A stretch of DNA of 34,616 nucleotides from an uncultured Desulfurococcales archaeon (GTDB taxonomy: Archaea; Thermoproteota; Thermoprotei_A; Sulfolobales; WANQ01): the NCBI GenBank assembly GCA_964637085.1, contig CAZWTS010000160.1:1-34616 (forward strand), written 5' to 3'. Positions 1-8,766 of this stretch are shown piece after piece. The notes beneath the pieces are model-generated. The model made no database searches. It was given only the letters and a program-made list of their open reading frames with translations, and was not told the origin of the DNA. The position numbers and the translations under genes are program-made. How positions within the stretch are numbered: the first letter of the stretch is position 1; each line of letters starts with the position of its first letter.

Positions 1-59
1 TTTTTAAGTCGCCGAGATATACTCTAAATACCACGTTAAAAAGAGTACTGGGATAGAAA

Positions 60-749
60 ATGCGATTCAATAGAGTAGATGAAGCTTTAGAAGCACTTCG
101 TAAAGGCGAACCAGTATTAATATTTGACTCTAAGGGTAGAGAAGAAGAGGTCGACATGGTCTTTTACGCTGGAATGATTAATTACGAAAAAATTTATAGA
201 TTGCGTGTAGAAGCAGGCGGACTAATATGTTATGCAACACTTCATGAATTAGCAAAAAGAATTGGTTTAGACTTCATGTCAGAGATACTTAGCTATCACA
301 AAGTCTACAAGCAATTAGCATCAAAAAGACTAGGTTATGGAGATCCCCCTGCTTTCAGTTTATGGGTTAATTATATTGGTGTAAAAACAGGTATTAATGA
401 TAATGATAGGGCTTTAACTATTAGAAAGTTACATGAAGTCTTTTCTCATGTTTGGAAGGATGAGGTGGAGGATGCTAGAAGAATGTTCTATAACGAATTC
501 ATGGCTCCTGGTCATGTTCCAATACTCTTATCAAGAGGACTAGAACGTAGACGCGGACACACAGAGCTTAGTACAACGCTCGCGTTAATGGCTGAATTAA
601 CTCCAAGTATTGTTCTTGCCGAAATGCTTGATAAAGGTGAATCGCTTAGCTTAGAAAAAGCGTTTTCTTATGCTCGTGAGAAGGATATAGTGATAATAGA
701 CGGAAAGAGCATTATTGAATATTGGCGGAAGAGTGGTAGTAATGTATAG
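60..749 (+). CDS. ribB: 3,4-dihydroxy-2-butanone 4-phosphate synthase (archaeal RibB)
   Basis: 229-aa ORF that resembles MJ0055-type DHBP synthase end to end. Motifs seen: GEPVLIFDSKGREEEVDMV, DNDRALTIRKL, PGHVPIL, RRGHTELS. Its stop (747-749) overlaps the next gene's ATG (742) by 8 nt. Confidence 0.93.
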   Translation: MRFNRVDEALEALRKGEPVLIFDSKGREEEVDMVFYAGMINYEKIYRLRVEAGGLICYATLHELAKRIGLDFMSEILSYHKVYKQLASKRLGYGDPPAFSLWVNYIGVKTGINDNDRALTIRKLHEVFSHVWKDEVEDARRMFYNEFMAPGHVPILLSRGLERRRGHTELSTTLALMAELTPSIVLAEMLDKGESLSLEKAFSYAREKDIVIIDGKSIIEYWRKSGSNV

Positions 750-1209
750 GATAGGGGTTGTTGATACTACTTTCTCGAGAGTAGATATGGCTAAAATAGT
801 AATAGATGAATTGAAAAATAATTTAACGGGCATTCAAGTTATTCGCTATACGGTACCAGGTATAAAGGATATACCAGTAGCAGCAAAGAAGCTAATCGAA
901 GAACACAATTGTGATATCGTGATAACTCTGGGTTGGGTAGGTGCAACACAGACAGATAAGTACAGCTATTTAGCTTCAAGTATAGGAATAATAATGGTCC
1001 AACTACTAACGAATAAGCATATTATAGACGTCACAGTCCATGAAGATGAAGCCAAGAGTCCAGAGGAATTGCTACAGATCGCTGTTGATAGGGCTAGAAA
1101 ACATGCCCACAACATTATAGCGTTACTTAAGGGTAGAGAAGCTCTCTCCCGATGGGCTGGTAAGGGGCGTAGGCAAGGGAAGCCGGATGCTGGTCCTCTA
1201 AGTACATAA
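742..1209 (+). CDS. ribC: archaeal-type riboflavin synthase (MJ1184 family)
   Basis: From ATG 742 the product starts MYRIGVVDTTFSRVDMA. It continues with VPGIKDIPVAAKKL, LLTNKHIIDVTVHEDEAK and AGKGRRQG, the characteristic pattern of pentameric archaeal riboflavin synthase. The track start at 715 is an upstream in-frame extension inside ribB. Confidence 0.9.
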   Translation: MYRIGVVDTTFSRVDMAKIVIDELKNNLTGIQVIRYTVPGIKDIPVAAKKLIEEHNCDIVITLGWVGATQTDKYSYLASSIGIIMVQLLTNKHIIDVTVHEDEAKSPEELLQIAVDRARKHAHNIIALLKGREALSRWAGKGRRQGKPDAGPLST

Positions 1210-1229
1210 ATAATATTATTAACCTAGGT

Positions 1230-1259
1230 GTTCATTAACTCACACTGTGTGTTAAGAAC
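1230..1259. promoter_or_regulatory. imperfect palindrome / hairpin in the ribC-ribH spacer
   Basis: GTTC(A)TTAAC-N11-GTTAAGAAC forms 9 bp with one bulge. The 11-nt loop contains a CAC/GTG mini-stem. It lies 19 nt upstream of the ribH ATG. Confidence 0.3.
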
Positions 1260-1277
1260 AAATACACGGTGTCGGTA

Positions 1278-1742
1278 ATGAATAATGAAACTATCCGTTT
1301 AGGTATAGTTGTTTCAGAGTTTAACTATGATGTGACATACTTAATGCTCCAAAAAGCTCTTAATCACGCAGAATTCCTTGGAGCTGACGTTAAAATAGTT
1401 GTAAAAGTACCAGGCTCCTTTGACATGCCACTCGCCGTAAAGAAGCTCTTGTTGCGTAAGGATATAGACGGGGTTGTAACTCTTGGAGCTGTTATTCAGG
1501 GCGAGACTAAGCATGATGAAGTAGTAGCCCATCAAGTAGCTCGTCGTATAATGGATTTAAGCTTAGAGTATGATAAACCAGTTACCTTAGGTATCATTGG
1601 ACCAGGAGCAAGTAGAATGCAGGCCTTAGAACGTGTAGAAGAGTATGCAAGGAGGGCCGTTGAGGCGGCAGTAAAACTTATTCGACGTATGAAGAGATTA
1701 AATGAATTAGCTGATATAAGAGAGACAGTAGTGGTTGAGTAG
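1278..1742 (+). CDS. ribH: 6,7-dimethyl-8-ribityllumazine synthase
   Basis: Motifs seen: [59 protein letters not shown] 1278 is preceded by GGTG at 1268-1271. The track's GTG 1269 is an alternative start. Confidence 0.92.
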   Translation: MNNETIRLGIVVSEFNYDVTYLMLQKALNHAEFLGADVKIVVKVPGSFDMPLAVKKLLLRKDIDGVVTLGAVIQGETKHDEVVAHQVARRIMDLSLEYDKPVTLGIIGPGASRMQALERVEEYARRAVEAAVKLIRRMKRLNELADIRETVVVE

Positions 1743-1766
1743 TAGTCCGATACAGAGGAAGAGGAT

Positions 1767-2498
1767 TTGGTGAAAATAGGAGTACTCGAATTAGTAGGTT
1801 ATAGGGAGTGGACAGAAGAATTAGGTAGTGATAGGGAGTGGATAATACAGAGTATTCAATCTGGTCTATATAAGTTCCTTCAAGAGGAAGTATCGAGAAT
1901 AGGAGGATTCGTACTACCATTACGTTACGATTACTATATACTGATATTAAATGGTATTGAAGTTCATTTGATGACGGAAATAATGACTAAATTCGCTAAT
2001 ATATCACCAGTACCACCGAGACTAGCTATATCTTGCGGTAAAACACCGTATGATGCTCAGCTCAGGGCAACATCAACTCTTCGTAAATGTGGCGATATTG
2101 TATGTACAAGTGGTTGTATTGAAGGCGAAGAGAGAAACGAAAAGATAGTTGTGGCACACTTTGACATAGATAGTTTCACTAAGAAAATAGAGTCGTCGAG
2201 TGTTTATGATACATTCATTGAAATAGAAGAATTGTGTATAGATCTCGGCTTAAAAATGAGGGGTATAGGCGGTATAACACAGTATTTAGGCGGGGATAAT
2301 GTAGTTGCTTTTTTGAGTTTAGATAGAATTGATGATTTAAAGAAGATGGTTCTAAGAGACGATCTTAAGGTTGGTGTGGGGATAGCTTTCACTGCGCGAA
2401 AGGCTATGGAGCTTGCCTCAAAGGCTCTTGACACTATTAGATCTATGAGAAGGAGAGGAGATGACACTCAAAATAGAATAATAGTCTTAGAGGAATGA
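1767..2498 (+). CDS. arfA: GTP cyclohydrolase III (archaeal riboflavin/F420 pathway, MJ0145 family)
   Basis: N-terminus VKIGVLELVGYREWTEELG, plus VAHFDIDSFT, YLGGDNVVAF and KVGVGIAFTARKAMELA, match the GCH III pattern. GTG 1770 is an alternative start. The 3' end overlaps the convergent glmM-like gene by 12 nt. Confidence 0.85.
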   Translation: MVKIGVLELVGYREWTEELGSDREWIIQSIQSGLYKFLQEEVSRIGGFVLPLRYDYYILILNGIEVHLMTEIMTKFANISPVPPRLAISCGKTPYDAQLRATSTLRKCGDIVCTSGCIEGEERNEKIVVAHFDIDSFTKKIESSSVYDTFIEIEELCIDLGLKMRGIGGITQYLGGDNVVAFLSLDRIDDLKKMVLRDDLKVGVGIAFTARKAMELASKALDTIRSMRRRGDDTQNRIIVLEE

Positions 2499-3893
2499 AT
2501 CCACACCTTCAATATGCCTTATTTTTACTCCTTTTTCCGAAGCTGTCTTACTTATTATTTCAATGAGGTTTCGGACTATATCTCTGAGCTTCCTCTTAGT
2601 CAAAGCCTCTACATAGAATCTTATCTTAGGCTCTGTTCCACTTTTCCTAACTAGAATCCATGAGTGATCCTCAAAATCGAGACGTACCCCATCTATTTGC
2701 GTTATTTTTAAGGGATTACGATACTTTTCTAATATTTTTTTAACTATATTATTATATATTTCATCTCGTGCGTTCTCTTCTACCTTTACGGAGAACCGAG
2801 CAAGAGGATAATTAGGGATTTCTTCTAATAGTTCATCAAGTGTCTTCTCTTCTACGATCAGTTTTCCTAGGACGGCTGCCTGATATATGCCATCAACCCA
2901 TAAACCCCATTCGGGGTCTATTAGTTTCCACGGCTCTGCTGCAAGCAATGCGTTTGGATTTTCTTTTAACTTTTCATGGGTTTTTCCAAGTTTCCATCTT
3001 AATAGTTTTCCTCCATATTTTTCAACTACATCATCTAGTACCCTCCCTGTATCTATTGATGCAATAATGAGTCCTCTTCCATGTTTTTCTAATTTTAATT
3101 TCGCAAATAATGCTATTATTCTATCTTGACGTATGAACCCGTTTTCTCTTGTTATTACACTTAATCTATCAGCATCGCCATCATGGGCTAAGGCGAGCTC
3201 TGCGTCAAGATCCTTTAATAAATAATCTAGGTATCTTAAAACATCTGGTCTTGGCTCTGGTTCTCTTCCTGGAAAGAATCCGTCTGGGTGGCAATTTGAT
3301 GTAAATACTCTAGCACCCAGTTCTCTAAGTATGATTGGTGTCACATTATATGCCGCGCCATTGGCGCAATCTACTATTACCTTAGGTTTTCTAGTCTTTT
3401 TCACCCTGAGTTTCTCTATCATGTCCTCAATATAATTCTCTGTCATGTCTATGAATTCAATTTTTCCAACTTTATTCCATGGTACATAATATTTTTCGTT
3501 GACATTATATACTAGTTCTTCGATTTCTGATTCCATTGAAACCGTGTACTCCATCCCATGGTTATCGAATACCTTGAACCCATTATCTGTTGGAGGATTA
3601 TGACTGGCTGTTACAACAACACCTGCCTTCGCACCTGTTTCCCTAGTACTATAAGCAACTACTGGTGTAGGTGTTAAACCTAAAAATGAAACATTTAAGC
3701 CCCCGCTCATGGCACCAGATGCGAGCGCCATTGATAATAGTGGTGATGTTGTTCTAGTATCGTGGCCTAGTGTTATATATCCTTTATTTCCTACATACTT
3801 AGCTATAGATAAACCTAAGTTGAAAGCTAAACTCGGTGTTATACGCTTTAGATAAGTTGCTCTAATACCCGCGGTTCCAAATAGCCTTTTCAC
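2487..3893 (-). CDS. glmM: phosphoglucosamine/phosphohexose mutase (alpha-D-phosphohexomutase superfamily)
   Basis: Phosphoserine loop TASHNPPTDNGFK, Mg site HDGDADR, phosphate-binding loop RKSGTEPKIRFY. GTG start at 3893. The exact sugar specificity cannot be read from sequence. Confidence 0.8.
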   Translation of the reverse strand: MKRLFGTAGIRATYLKRITPSLAFNLGLSIAKYVGNKGYITLGHDTRTTSPLLSMALASGAMSGGLNVSFLGLTPTPVVAYSTRETGAKAGVVVTASHNPPTDNGFKVFDNHGMEYTVSMESEIEELVYNVNEKYYVPWNKVGKIEFIDMTENYIEDMIEKLRVKKTRKPKVIVDCANGAAYNVTPIILRELGARVFTSNCHPDGFFPGREPEPRPDVLRYLDYLLKDLDAELALAHDGDADRLSVITRENGFIRQDRIIALFAKLKLEKHGRGLIIASIDTGRVLDDVVEKYGGKLLRWKLGKTHEKLKENPNALLAAEPWKLIDPEWGLWVDGIYQAAVLGKLIVEEKTLDELLEEIPNYPLARFSVKVEENARDEIYNNIVKKILEKYRNPLKITQIDGVRLDFEDHSWILVRKSGTEPKIRFYVEALTKRKLRDIVRNLIEIISKTASEKGVKIRHIEGVDSFL

Positions 3894-4360
3894 GTAGTAG
3901 CCCTTTTTCTTTGCTTTGCTTTTGAGAAAATATACTTTGCTGGTGCTACAGTTAAGGCAGCGTATTCAGAGTAACGTATCTTTAAAACTCTCACATATAC
4001 TATCCAGTCATAGTTCTCCAAATCAACTTTCCTATCTATTTTTGACGCGATATATTTTATGGCATCTATGGTGTGGGCCCACTGTCCATTCTTACGCCAA
4101 TATAGATGACCTCCCTCAATGGTTACTCTATAAGTGCTCTCTTGTGGTATTTTTTCCTCTGCTAGACTCCATGCTCTTTCGGCTACATCTTCAACATAAG
4201 GTTCAAGAACCTCATCAACTGGTATAACTCTTAGTATCGGGGTGTCTTCCGGAAGAAACTCTGATATTAAATCTATTGTTTCATAAGGGTTGTCAACTCT
4301 TGCTAGTATTCTAGATTGTGAGGTATCAACTATAATGAGTCTCCCGAGGATTTGCTCCAA
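3890..4360 (-). CDS. stand-alone THUMP-like domain protein (putative RNA-binding)
   Basis: 156-aa ORF with a TTG start. The C-terminal half (STYRVTIEG...AIKYIASKIDRKVDLENYDWIVYVRVL) resembles the THUMP core (kVdL-nPd-v-v pattern). Its stop overlaps the glmM GTG in a GTGA junction. The family call is by eye only. Confidence 0.5.
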   Translation of the reverse strand: MEQILGRLIIVDTSQSRILARVDNPYETIDLISEFLPEDTPILRVIPVDEVLEPYVEDVAERAWSLAEEKIPQESTYRVTIEGGHLYWRKNGQWAHTIDAIKYIASKIDRKVDLENYDWIVYVRVLKIRYSEYAALTVAPAKYIFSKAKQRKRATT

Positions 4361-4478
4361 TTGGTCAACAGTCCATTTATAATTTACGTATGTCGGTTCA
4401 TGTGTTATTATTAGGTTAAAGTTGCTTTTACCACGTATTTTTAGCCACCCTTATACCAACACGAATAAAATACTACAC

Positions 4479-4505
4479 CCCTTATAAGACTATGTAGTAT
4501 AAGGG
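4479..4505. promoter_or_regulatory. perfect 8-bp inverted repeat over TATA-like boxes upstream of arfC
   Basis: CCCTTATA (4479-4486) - N11 - TATAAGGG (4498-4505), with a third direct copy of CCCTTATA at 4448-4455. It lies 11-37 nt upstream of the arfC start candidates, so it probably includes the promoter TATA box. Confidence 0.35.
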
Positions 4506-4515
4506 TCTAGTATTT

Positions 4516-5184
4516 GTGGTAGCTATGGCTCGACCTTACGTAGTAATATATGCAACAATGACCGTCGATGGGAAAATAGCAAGTAAAACTGGTTATAGTA
4601 GATTAAGCTGTCCCTACGACCTAGCAAGATTGCATACGGCTAGAGCCAATAGTGATGCAGTCTTAGTTGGAGCTAACACCGTAATTAAGGATAATCCATT
4701 GCTTACTGTTAGACTGGTTAAAGGGACTAATCCCATACGTGTAATAGTTGATGGGAGATTGCGTTCCCCTATAGATGCAAGAGTTTATAATACATTGGAT
4801 GAAGCCCAAACAATAGTATATACGTCTACTAAGGCAAATAGTAGAAAAATAGAATTACTAAAATCTAAAGGAGTAGAAGTCCTTGTTTCGCGTGAGTATC
4901 CTATACCTGTAAAATTCGTTCTGCATGACCTCTATGAAAGAGGAGTGCGTAGACTCCTAGTGGAAGGTGGAGGAGAAATTATATGGTTTTTTGTGAGTGA
5001 GAAGCTATTCGATGAGTTAAGAATAACTATTTCACCGTACATTTTTGGGGGGATAGAAGCTGTTAGTATTGTTGGAGGTAAAGGATTTAGTGATCTTAGT
5101 GATGCAGTCCATTTAAAACTCGTTGATATAACACCATGTGAGTGTGGGCGAGAAGTTCATCTTAGATATATTGTACAAAAATAA
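4516..5184 (+). CDS. arfC: 2,5-diamino-6-ribosylamino-4(3H)-pyrimidinone 5'-phosphate reductase (RibD C-terminal/ArfC type)
   Basis: Motifs YVVIYATMTVDGKIA, ANSDAVLVGANTVIKDNPLLTVR and RLLVEGGGEI match the DHFR-like RibD reductase fold. ATG 4525 (MARPYVV) is the probable true start; GTG 4516 is the longest ORF. Confidence 0.88.
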   Translation: MVAMARPYVVIYATMTVDGKIASKTGYSRLSCPYDLARLHTARANSDAVLVGANTVIKDNPLLTVRLVKGTNPIRVIVDGRLRSPIDARVYNTLDEAQTIVYTSTKANSRKIELLKSKGVEVLVSREYPIPVKFVLHDLYERGVRRLLVEGGGEIIWFFVSEKLFDELRITISPYIFGGIEAVSIVGGKGFSDLSDAVHLKLVDITPCECGREVHLRYIVQK

Positions 5185-5191
5185 TATAGTA

Positions 5192-6973
5192 TTATAGTCC
5201 TGGTAGTATTCCCTTATATGTTTCTATATACAATGGATGTTTCTCGAGTTTTCTTACTGGTGGGCGTTTATACTTTATTGCATTACCTATGGTATGTTCG
5301 CCATGTTTCTTTTTCCATTCATCAATTGATACTTGATATTTCTTTTGTATATAGTCCCTGTATATATCGTTTAATACGTTAAAAGTACAGAATGGTATTA
5401 GTCTACCGTCTGGTGATAAGTAGTGTATATTACAGCGCATTACTCTGGCTACATCATAGTTATATAAGTCCATGAAGTGCATCATTCCTAGGAATAAGAA
5501 TTTATAGTGCCATTCAGCTAGTGCACTATAGTTTCTTCTAACGAATATATTGAATAAGAGCTTCCATACGTTAAAGTCCTTTGGCGCCTTCTCATTATCT
5601 ATGAATTTCTTAAGATTGTATAATATTTGAGCTATTGCTACAAATCTACTCTTTCCTTTCTTTATTTCCTCTGTCTTCTGTTCCAAGTATTCAAAGAATC
5701 CGTTGATATCAATGAAATCCGTTACTGGTATAAATCTTACTGGTAATCCATTCTTTCTTTCGACATAAACATAGGTTGCAGCACCACAATGTGGGTGATT
5801 AGCCATTTCGAACTGGGGTTCACCTGTTAAGGCTTCTATAAAGCGTGATACAGGTACCGTTATTGGTATCGGGTACCAAGCATCTTTATGTATTTGTCCA
5901 TCGGTTTGCTCTTCTATCTTCTTTATTGCATCTGGTATTGTTATTCTAAATCGTTCTCTCTCATGTTTGCTCATCATTCCAGTAAGGCTTACGGGCTGGA
6001 AGTTTACGCCTCTAACGATATCCATGTGTTTTGCGGCAAATTTTACAATACCTCCTAGTTCATGATCGTTTACTCCCTTTATAACAGTCGGTACTAGAAC
6101 CACGCTAGTCATTCCACCTTTTCTAAATGCTTCGAAAATGAATGGAATTTCCCAATGGTTTTTCCAATTAGTTTTCCCAGTTATGCCATCAAAGCTTAAG
6201 TATACCGTATTTACTCCGGCTTCCCTTAAAGCTCTAACATAGTCTACGGCTTTTTGCGGACTCTGTAAGTATAGTTCAGCAAATTTTATTCCATTAGTAT
6301 TTAACTGTATGTGTCTAACTCCCTCCTCTTTAAGCATCTTAACGATATCCACAAGGTCTTCTCTGAGAGTAGGCTCTCCACCAGTTAGCTGTATGGCCAT
6401 AGTTACTCCTTGTTTCTTTAGCTGACGTATCATGAATCTTATTTGCTCAATACTTGGTTCATAAACATAGCCAGCTGCCTCTGCATAGAAGAAACAGTAC
6501 CAGCAGCTTAGGTTGCATCTATTGGTTAATACTATGTTGGCTAGTGCTGTATGTTGACGATGTATAGGACATAAACCACAGTTAAACGGGCATGGAGCAG
6601 CAAGCTTGGTATAAACATGTCTTGGCCCTCTCCCTTCCCGTTTCCAGCTCTCAAACTTATGGTATAGATAGGAGTCTCCAAAATATAATTCTTCGAGTTC
6701 GCCATGCTCTGGACATACTTTTCTAATATAGACTTTTCCTTCTCTCTCAAATATTACAGCCGGTAGTAAACGATAGCAATAAGGACATACGCTTGATGTA
6801 TATTTTATTAGTTTTTCTCCCTCTTTGAGTTTTGGTGCTGGTCCACCAATCTTTATTTCTCGTCCAGCTATGCGTACAATTTTTTTCTCCTTGTCGAATG
6901 TAGCGGGAGGCTCTAGTATTATGTCTTTATCTTTTATTGGAGTTTCTATACTTGTCATTATTTTATTCCTCAA
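5192..6973 (-). CDS. radical SAM protein, MJ0619 / tetraether lipid synthase (Tes, GDGT-MAS) family
   Basis: 593 aa. It carries CPYC...CPEHGE (rubredoxin-like site), [11 protein letters not shown] (auxiliary cluster) and [11 protein letters not shown] (CX3CX2C radical SAM). It also has [15 protein letters not shown] and MRCNIHY...IPFCTFN (C-terminal cluster). This cysteine inventory fits the three-cluster plus mononuclear-site enzyme described for GDGT-MAS. Confidence 0.65.
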   Translation of the reverse strand: MRNKIMTSIETPIKDKDIILEPPATFDKEKKIVRIAGREIKIGGPAPKLKEGEKLIKYTSSVCPYCYRLLPAVIFEREGKVYIRKVCPEHGELEELYFGDSYLYHKFESWKREGRGPRHVYTKLAAPCPFNCGLCPIHRQHTALANIVLTNRCNLSCWYCFFYAEAAGYVYEPSIEQIRFMIRQLKKQGVTMAIQLTGGEPTLREDLVDIVKMLKEEGVRHIQLNTNGIKFAELYLQSPQKAVDYVRALREAGVNTVYLSFDGITGKTNWKNHWEIPFIFEAFRKGGMTSVVLVPTVIKGVNDHELGGIVKFAAKHMDIVRGVNFQPVSLTGMMSKHERERFRITIPDAIKKIEEQTDGQIHKDAWYPIPITVPVSRFIEALTGEPQFEMANHPHCGAATYVYVERKNGLPVRFIPVTDFIDINGFFEYLEQKTEEIKKGKSRFVAIAQILYNLKKFIDNEKAPKDFNVWKLLFNIFVRRNYSALAEWHYKFLFLGMMHFMDLYNYDVARVMRCNIHYLSPDGRLIPFCTFNVLNDIYRDYIQKKYQVSIDEWKKKHGEHTIGNAIKYKRPPVRKLEKHPLYIETYKGILPGL

Positions 6974-7060
6974 TGTACTCTATATTAATGATCGTAGTAT
7001 TAAATACTTCTACCGGAATCAGAGTTAATATAGTAAAATGAATTAATTATTATTTATTTC

Positions 7061-8743
7061 TCATATAGTGAAATATTTAATTAGTTTTTCTCCAACGATA
7101 TTTTTAAGCTCTTGTAGTGATTTAAAGGGTCTATTATTTAATATTAGTGATATTAGTTGTTTGTTCATTCCAGGTATATATCTTAATTCCTTAATTGTTG
7201 CAGTATTTATGTTAATTGGTATTGGTATACCAGTTATACTTCTGTATCCGTGATCTACTACTATAATGTCTATCCATTTATGGAGTGGTAGTATTTTTGG
7301 TATCTCAGCAAGTAGAGGGTAGCTCCCAACTTGTCTTGCAAGCGTTTTATTTCCTCTATATTTTTCTGTAAACAATTTTCGCAGTATTGTGCCTTTGGGT
7401 ACTACTCTTTTTAACATGGGTAGGTCTATCTCTCTACGGATCTTCTCTTTGTAGATCTTGAACCATTTCTTATTTTTTTGAATAATTTTATCACCATATA
7501 TCCACATACGGGTTGTTGGAAAAGCTATTACCTGCCTTATGTTTATTCTCCTTACAAGTAATCCCTCATCAAGTATTCTTTTTAGAAATAAATAGTTTAG
7601 TACATATGTTTCTTTGGTTTCACCTATTAGGCCGTGAACGAAGTTTATGCCTGGTAATAGTTCAGGTAACCCATTAAACCCTCTTGTCCGCCCTATTTTG
7701 TTTATTACTCTTATAGCGTCTAGAGCTTCTTCGGGATATACCTTGAGGTTATTGAGTTTTACAACACGGGGATCAGCTGTTTCTATTCCAAGGGCAGCTA
7801 CGTCGCCAGGGGTGTGATATTCTATTATAATTTTTAGTGCTTCTATACTATCGTTTTTATGGTGTACTATGGTTCCCGGGTTTACATTATCTATATGAAG
7901 GACTTCTAAGTCGGGAACATTATTACGTATGCCCTTGAATAATTGTTCTAGTGCTCTTATGTTGGGGCGGGGGAACTCTGTTTTTCCGCTATCAATTCCC
8001 TTATATGCTAGTAGGTCTGGTTGTCGCCCTATCCTGAAATTTCTTACGCCAGCGTGTCCCAGTGCCTCAGCTTCCTCTACTATATCTTTAGGATTCCTAA
8101 ATACTGGTAACCCGTATCCCGGTTCTATACAAAAACTACATCCGCCTACAATACTTCGGGGGCAGCCGCGGTAGGTTTCTATTTCAACTATTAGGTTTAA
8201 ACCATAGTTAGGGTGTTGTTCTACTATTTTAGATCCAATAATTGCGAACTCGTTCGTTAAGGTGTAATCTTCTCTCATAACATAAGGTGAAGCTTTTTCT
8301 TCACCTAGTGTTAATAGCTCATAGATAAATAGCTCGGGATCTCCTTTTACTATGAAATCGAAGTTTTCTTTAACTCTTGAGGGAAGCTCTGCGATTCGCC
8401 CACCTTCTTCACCTATTCCGAATTTTGCAGCAGGTCCTACGAGTATTTTTAGAGGTTTCGTTATGATTCTAAACCATTCTTCGAGTTCTCTTAATCCTAT
8501 AGGGGTTCCTCCTAGATATTTTCCCGGTACTGTAACACCAGCTATTACTATCACTATATCATAGCTTGAAGCATCTCTAATGAAATCTTGTATGTTAGCC
8601 CTTGCTTGATCTACAGTCATGTACTTTATGTAGATGTTCTTATCGGCTTTCCATATGGCGCCAGCAATGTACCGTGGATATACATCCATGTATGGTGGTA
8701 CGCCTAGTCCAGCTGGTTCATCAGTGTATCCATCTAATATCAA
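7061..8743 (-). CDS. radical SAM superfamily enzyme with non-canonical CX7CX2C motif and C-terminal helix-hairpin-helix (COG1031-like)
   Basis: 560 aa with a TTG start. The N-terminal region is Rossmann/B12-binding-like (DIVIVIAGVTVPGKYLGGTP). The cluster motif is YRGCPRSIVGGCSFCIEP. The C-terminus has an HhH-like tail (IKELRYIPGMNKQLISLILNNRPFKSLQEL). Function unknown. Confidence 0.6.
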   Translation of the reverse strand: MILDGYTDEPAGLGVPPYMDVYPRYIAGAIWKADKNIYIKYMTVDQARANIQDFIRDASSYDIVIVIAGVTVPGKYLGGTPIGLRELEEWFRIITKPLKILVGPAAKFGIGEEGGRIAELPSRVKENFDFIVKGDPELFIYELLTLGEEKASPYVMREDYTLTNEFAIIGSKIVEQHPNYGLNLIVEIETYRGCPRSIVGGCSFCIEPGYGLPVFRNPKDIVEEAEALGHAGVRNFRIGRQPDLLAYKGIDSGKTEFPRPNIRALEQLFKGIRNNVPDLEVLHIDNVNPGTIVHHKNDSIEALKIIIEYHTPGDVAALGIETADPRVVKLNNLKVYPEEALDAIRVINKIGRTRGFNGLPELLPGINFVHGLIGETKETYVLNYLFLKRILDEGLLVRRINIRQVIAFPTTRMWIYGDKIIQKNKKWFKIYKEKIRREIDLPMLKRVVPKGTILRKLFTEKYRGNKTLARQVGSYPLLAEIPKILPLHKWIDIIVVDHGYRSITGIPIPININTATIKELRYIPGMNKQLISLILNNRPFKSLQELKNIVGEKLIKYFTI

Positions 8744-8766
8744 TATTTTACCAGCTCTCGTAACTC

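Noticed and set aside
29-36. 8-mer TACCACGT shared by the ribB upstream region (29-36) and the arfC upstream region (4429-4436), as a candidate common riboflavin operator
   Set aside because: By my rough estimate, a single 8-nt match between two short AT-rich spacers would arise by chance more than one time in ten. The distances to the start codons differ (24 vs about 80-90 nt). It is not palindromic and is absent upstream of ribH.
1210-1277. FMN riboswitch upstream of ribH
   Set aside because: The spacer is under 70 nt, far shorter than an FMN aptamer, and lacks its conserved multi-stem junction. FMN riboswitches are not a feature of archaeal rib operons. I retained it only as a simple hairpin/palindrome.
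4361-4450. Possible N-terminal extension of the THUMP-like ORF; the in-frame upstream peptide ...NFNLIITHEPTY... resembles the N-terminus of the paralogue
   Set aside because: The frame is open back to 4450 but contains no ATG, GTG or TTG upstream of TTG 4358-4360. The sequence downstream of the TTG (RLIIVDTSQSR) already supplies the same N-terminal pattern.
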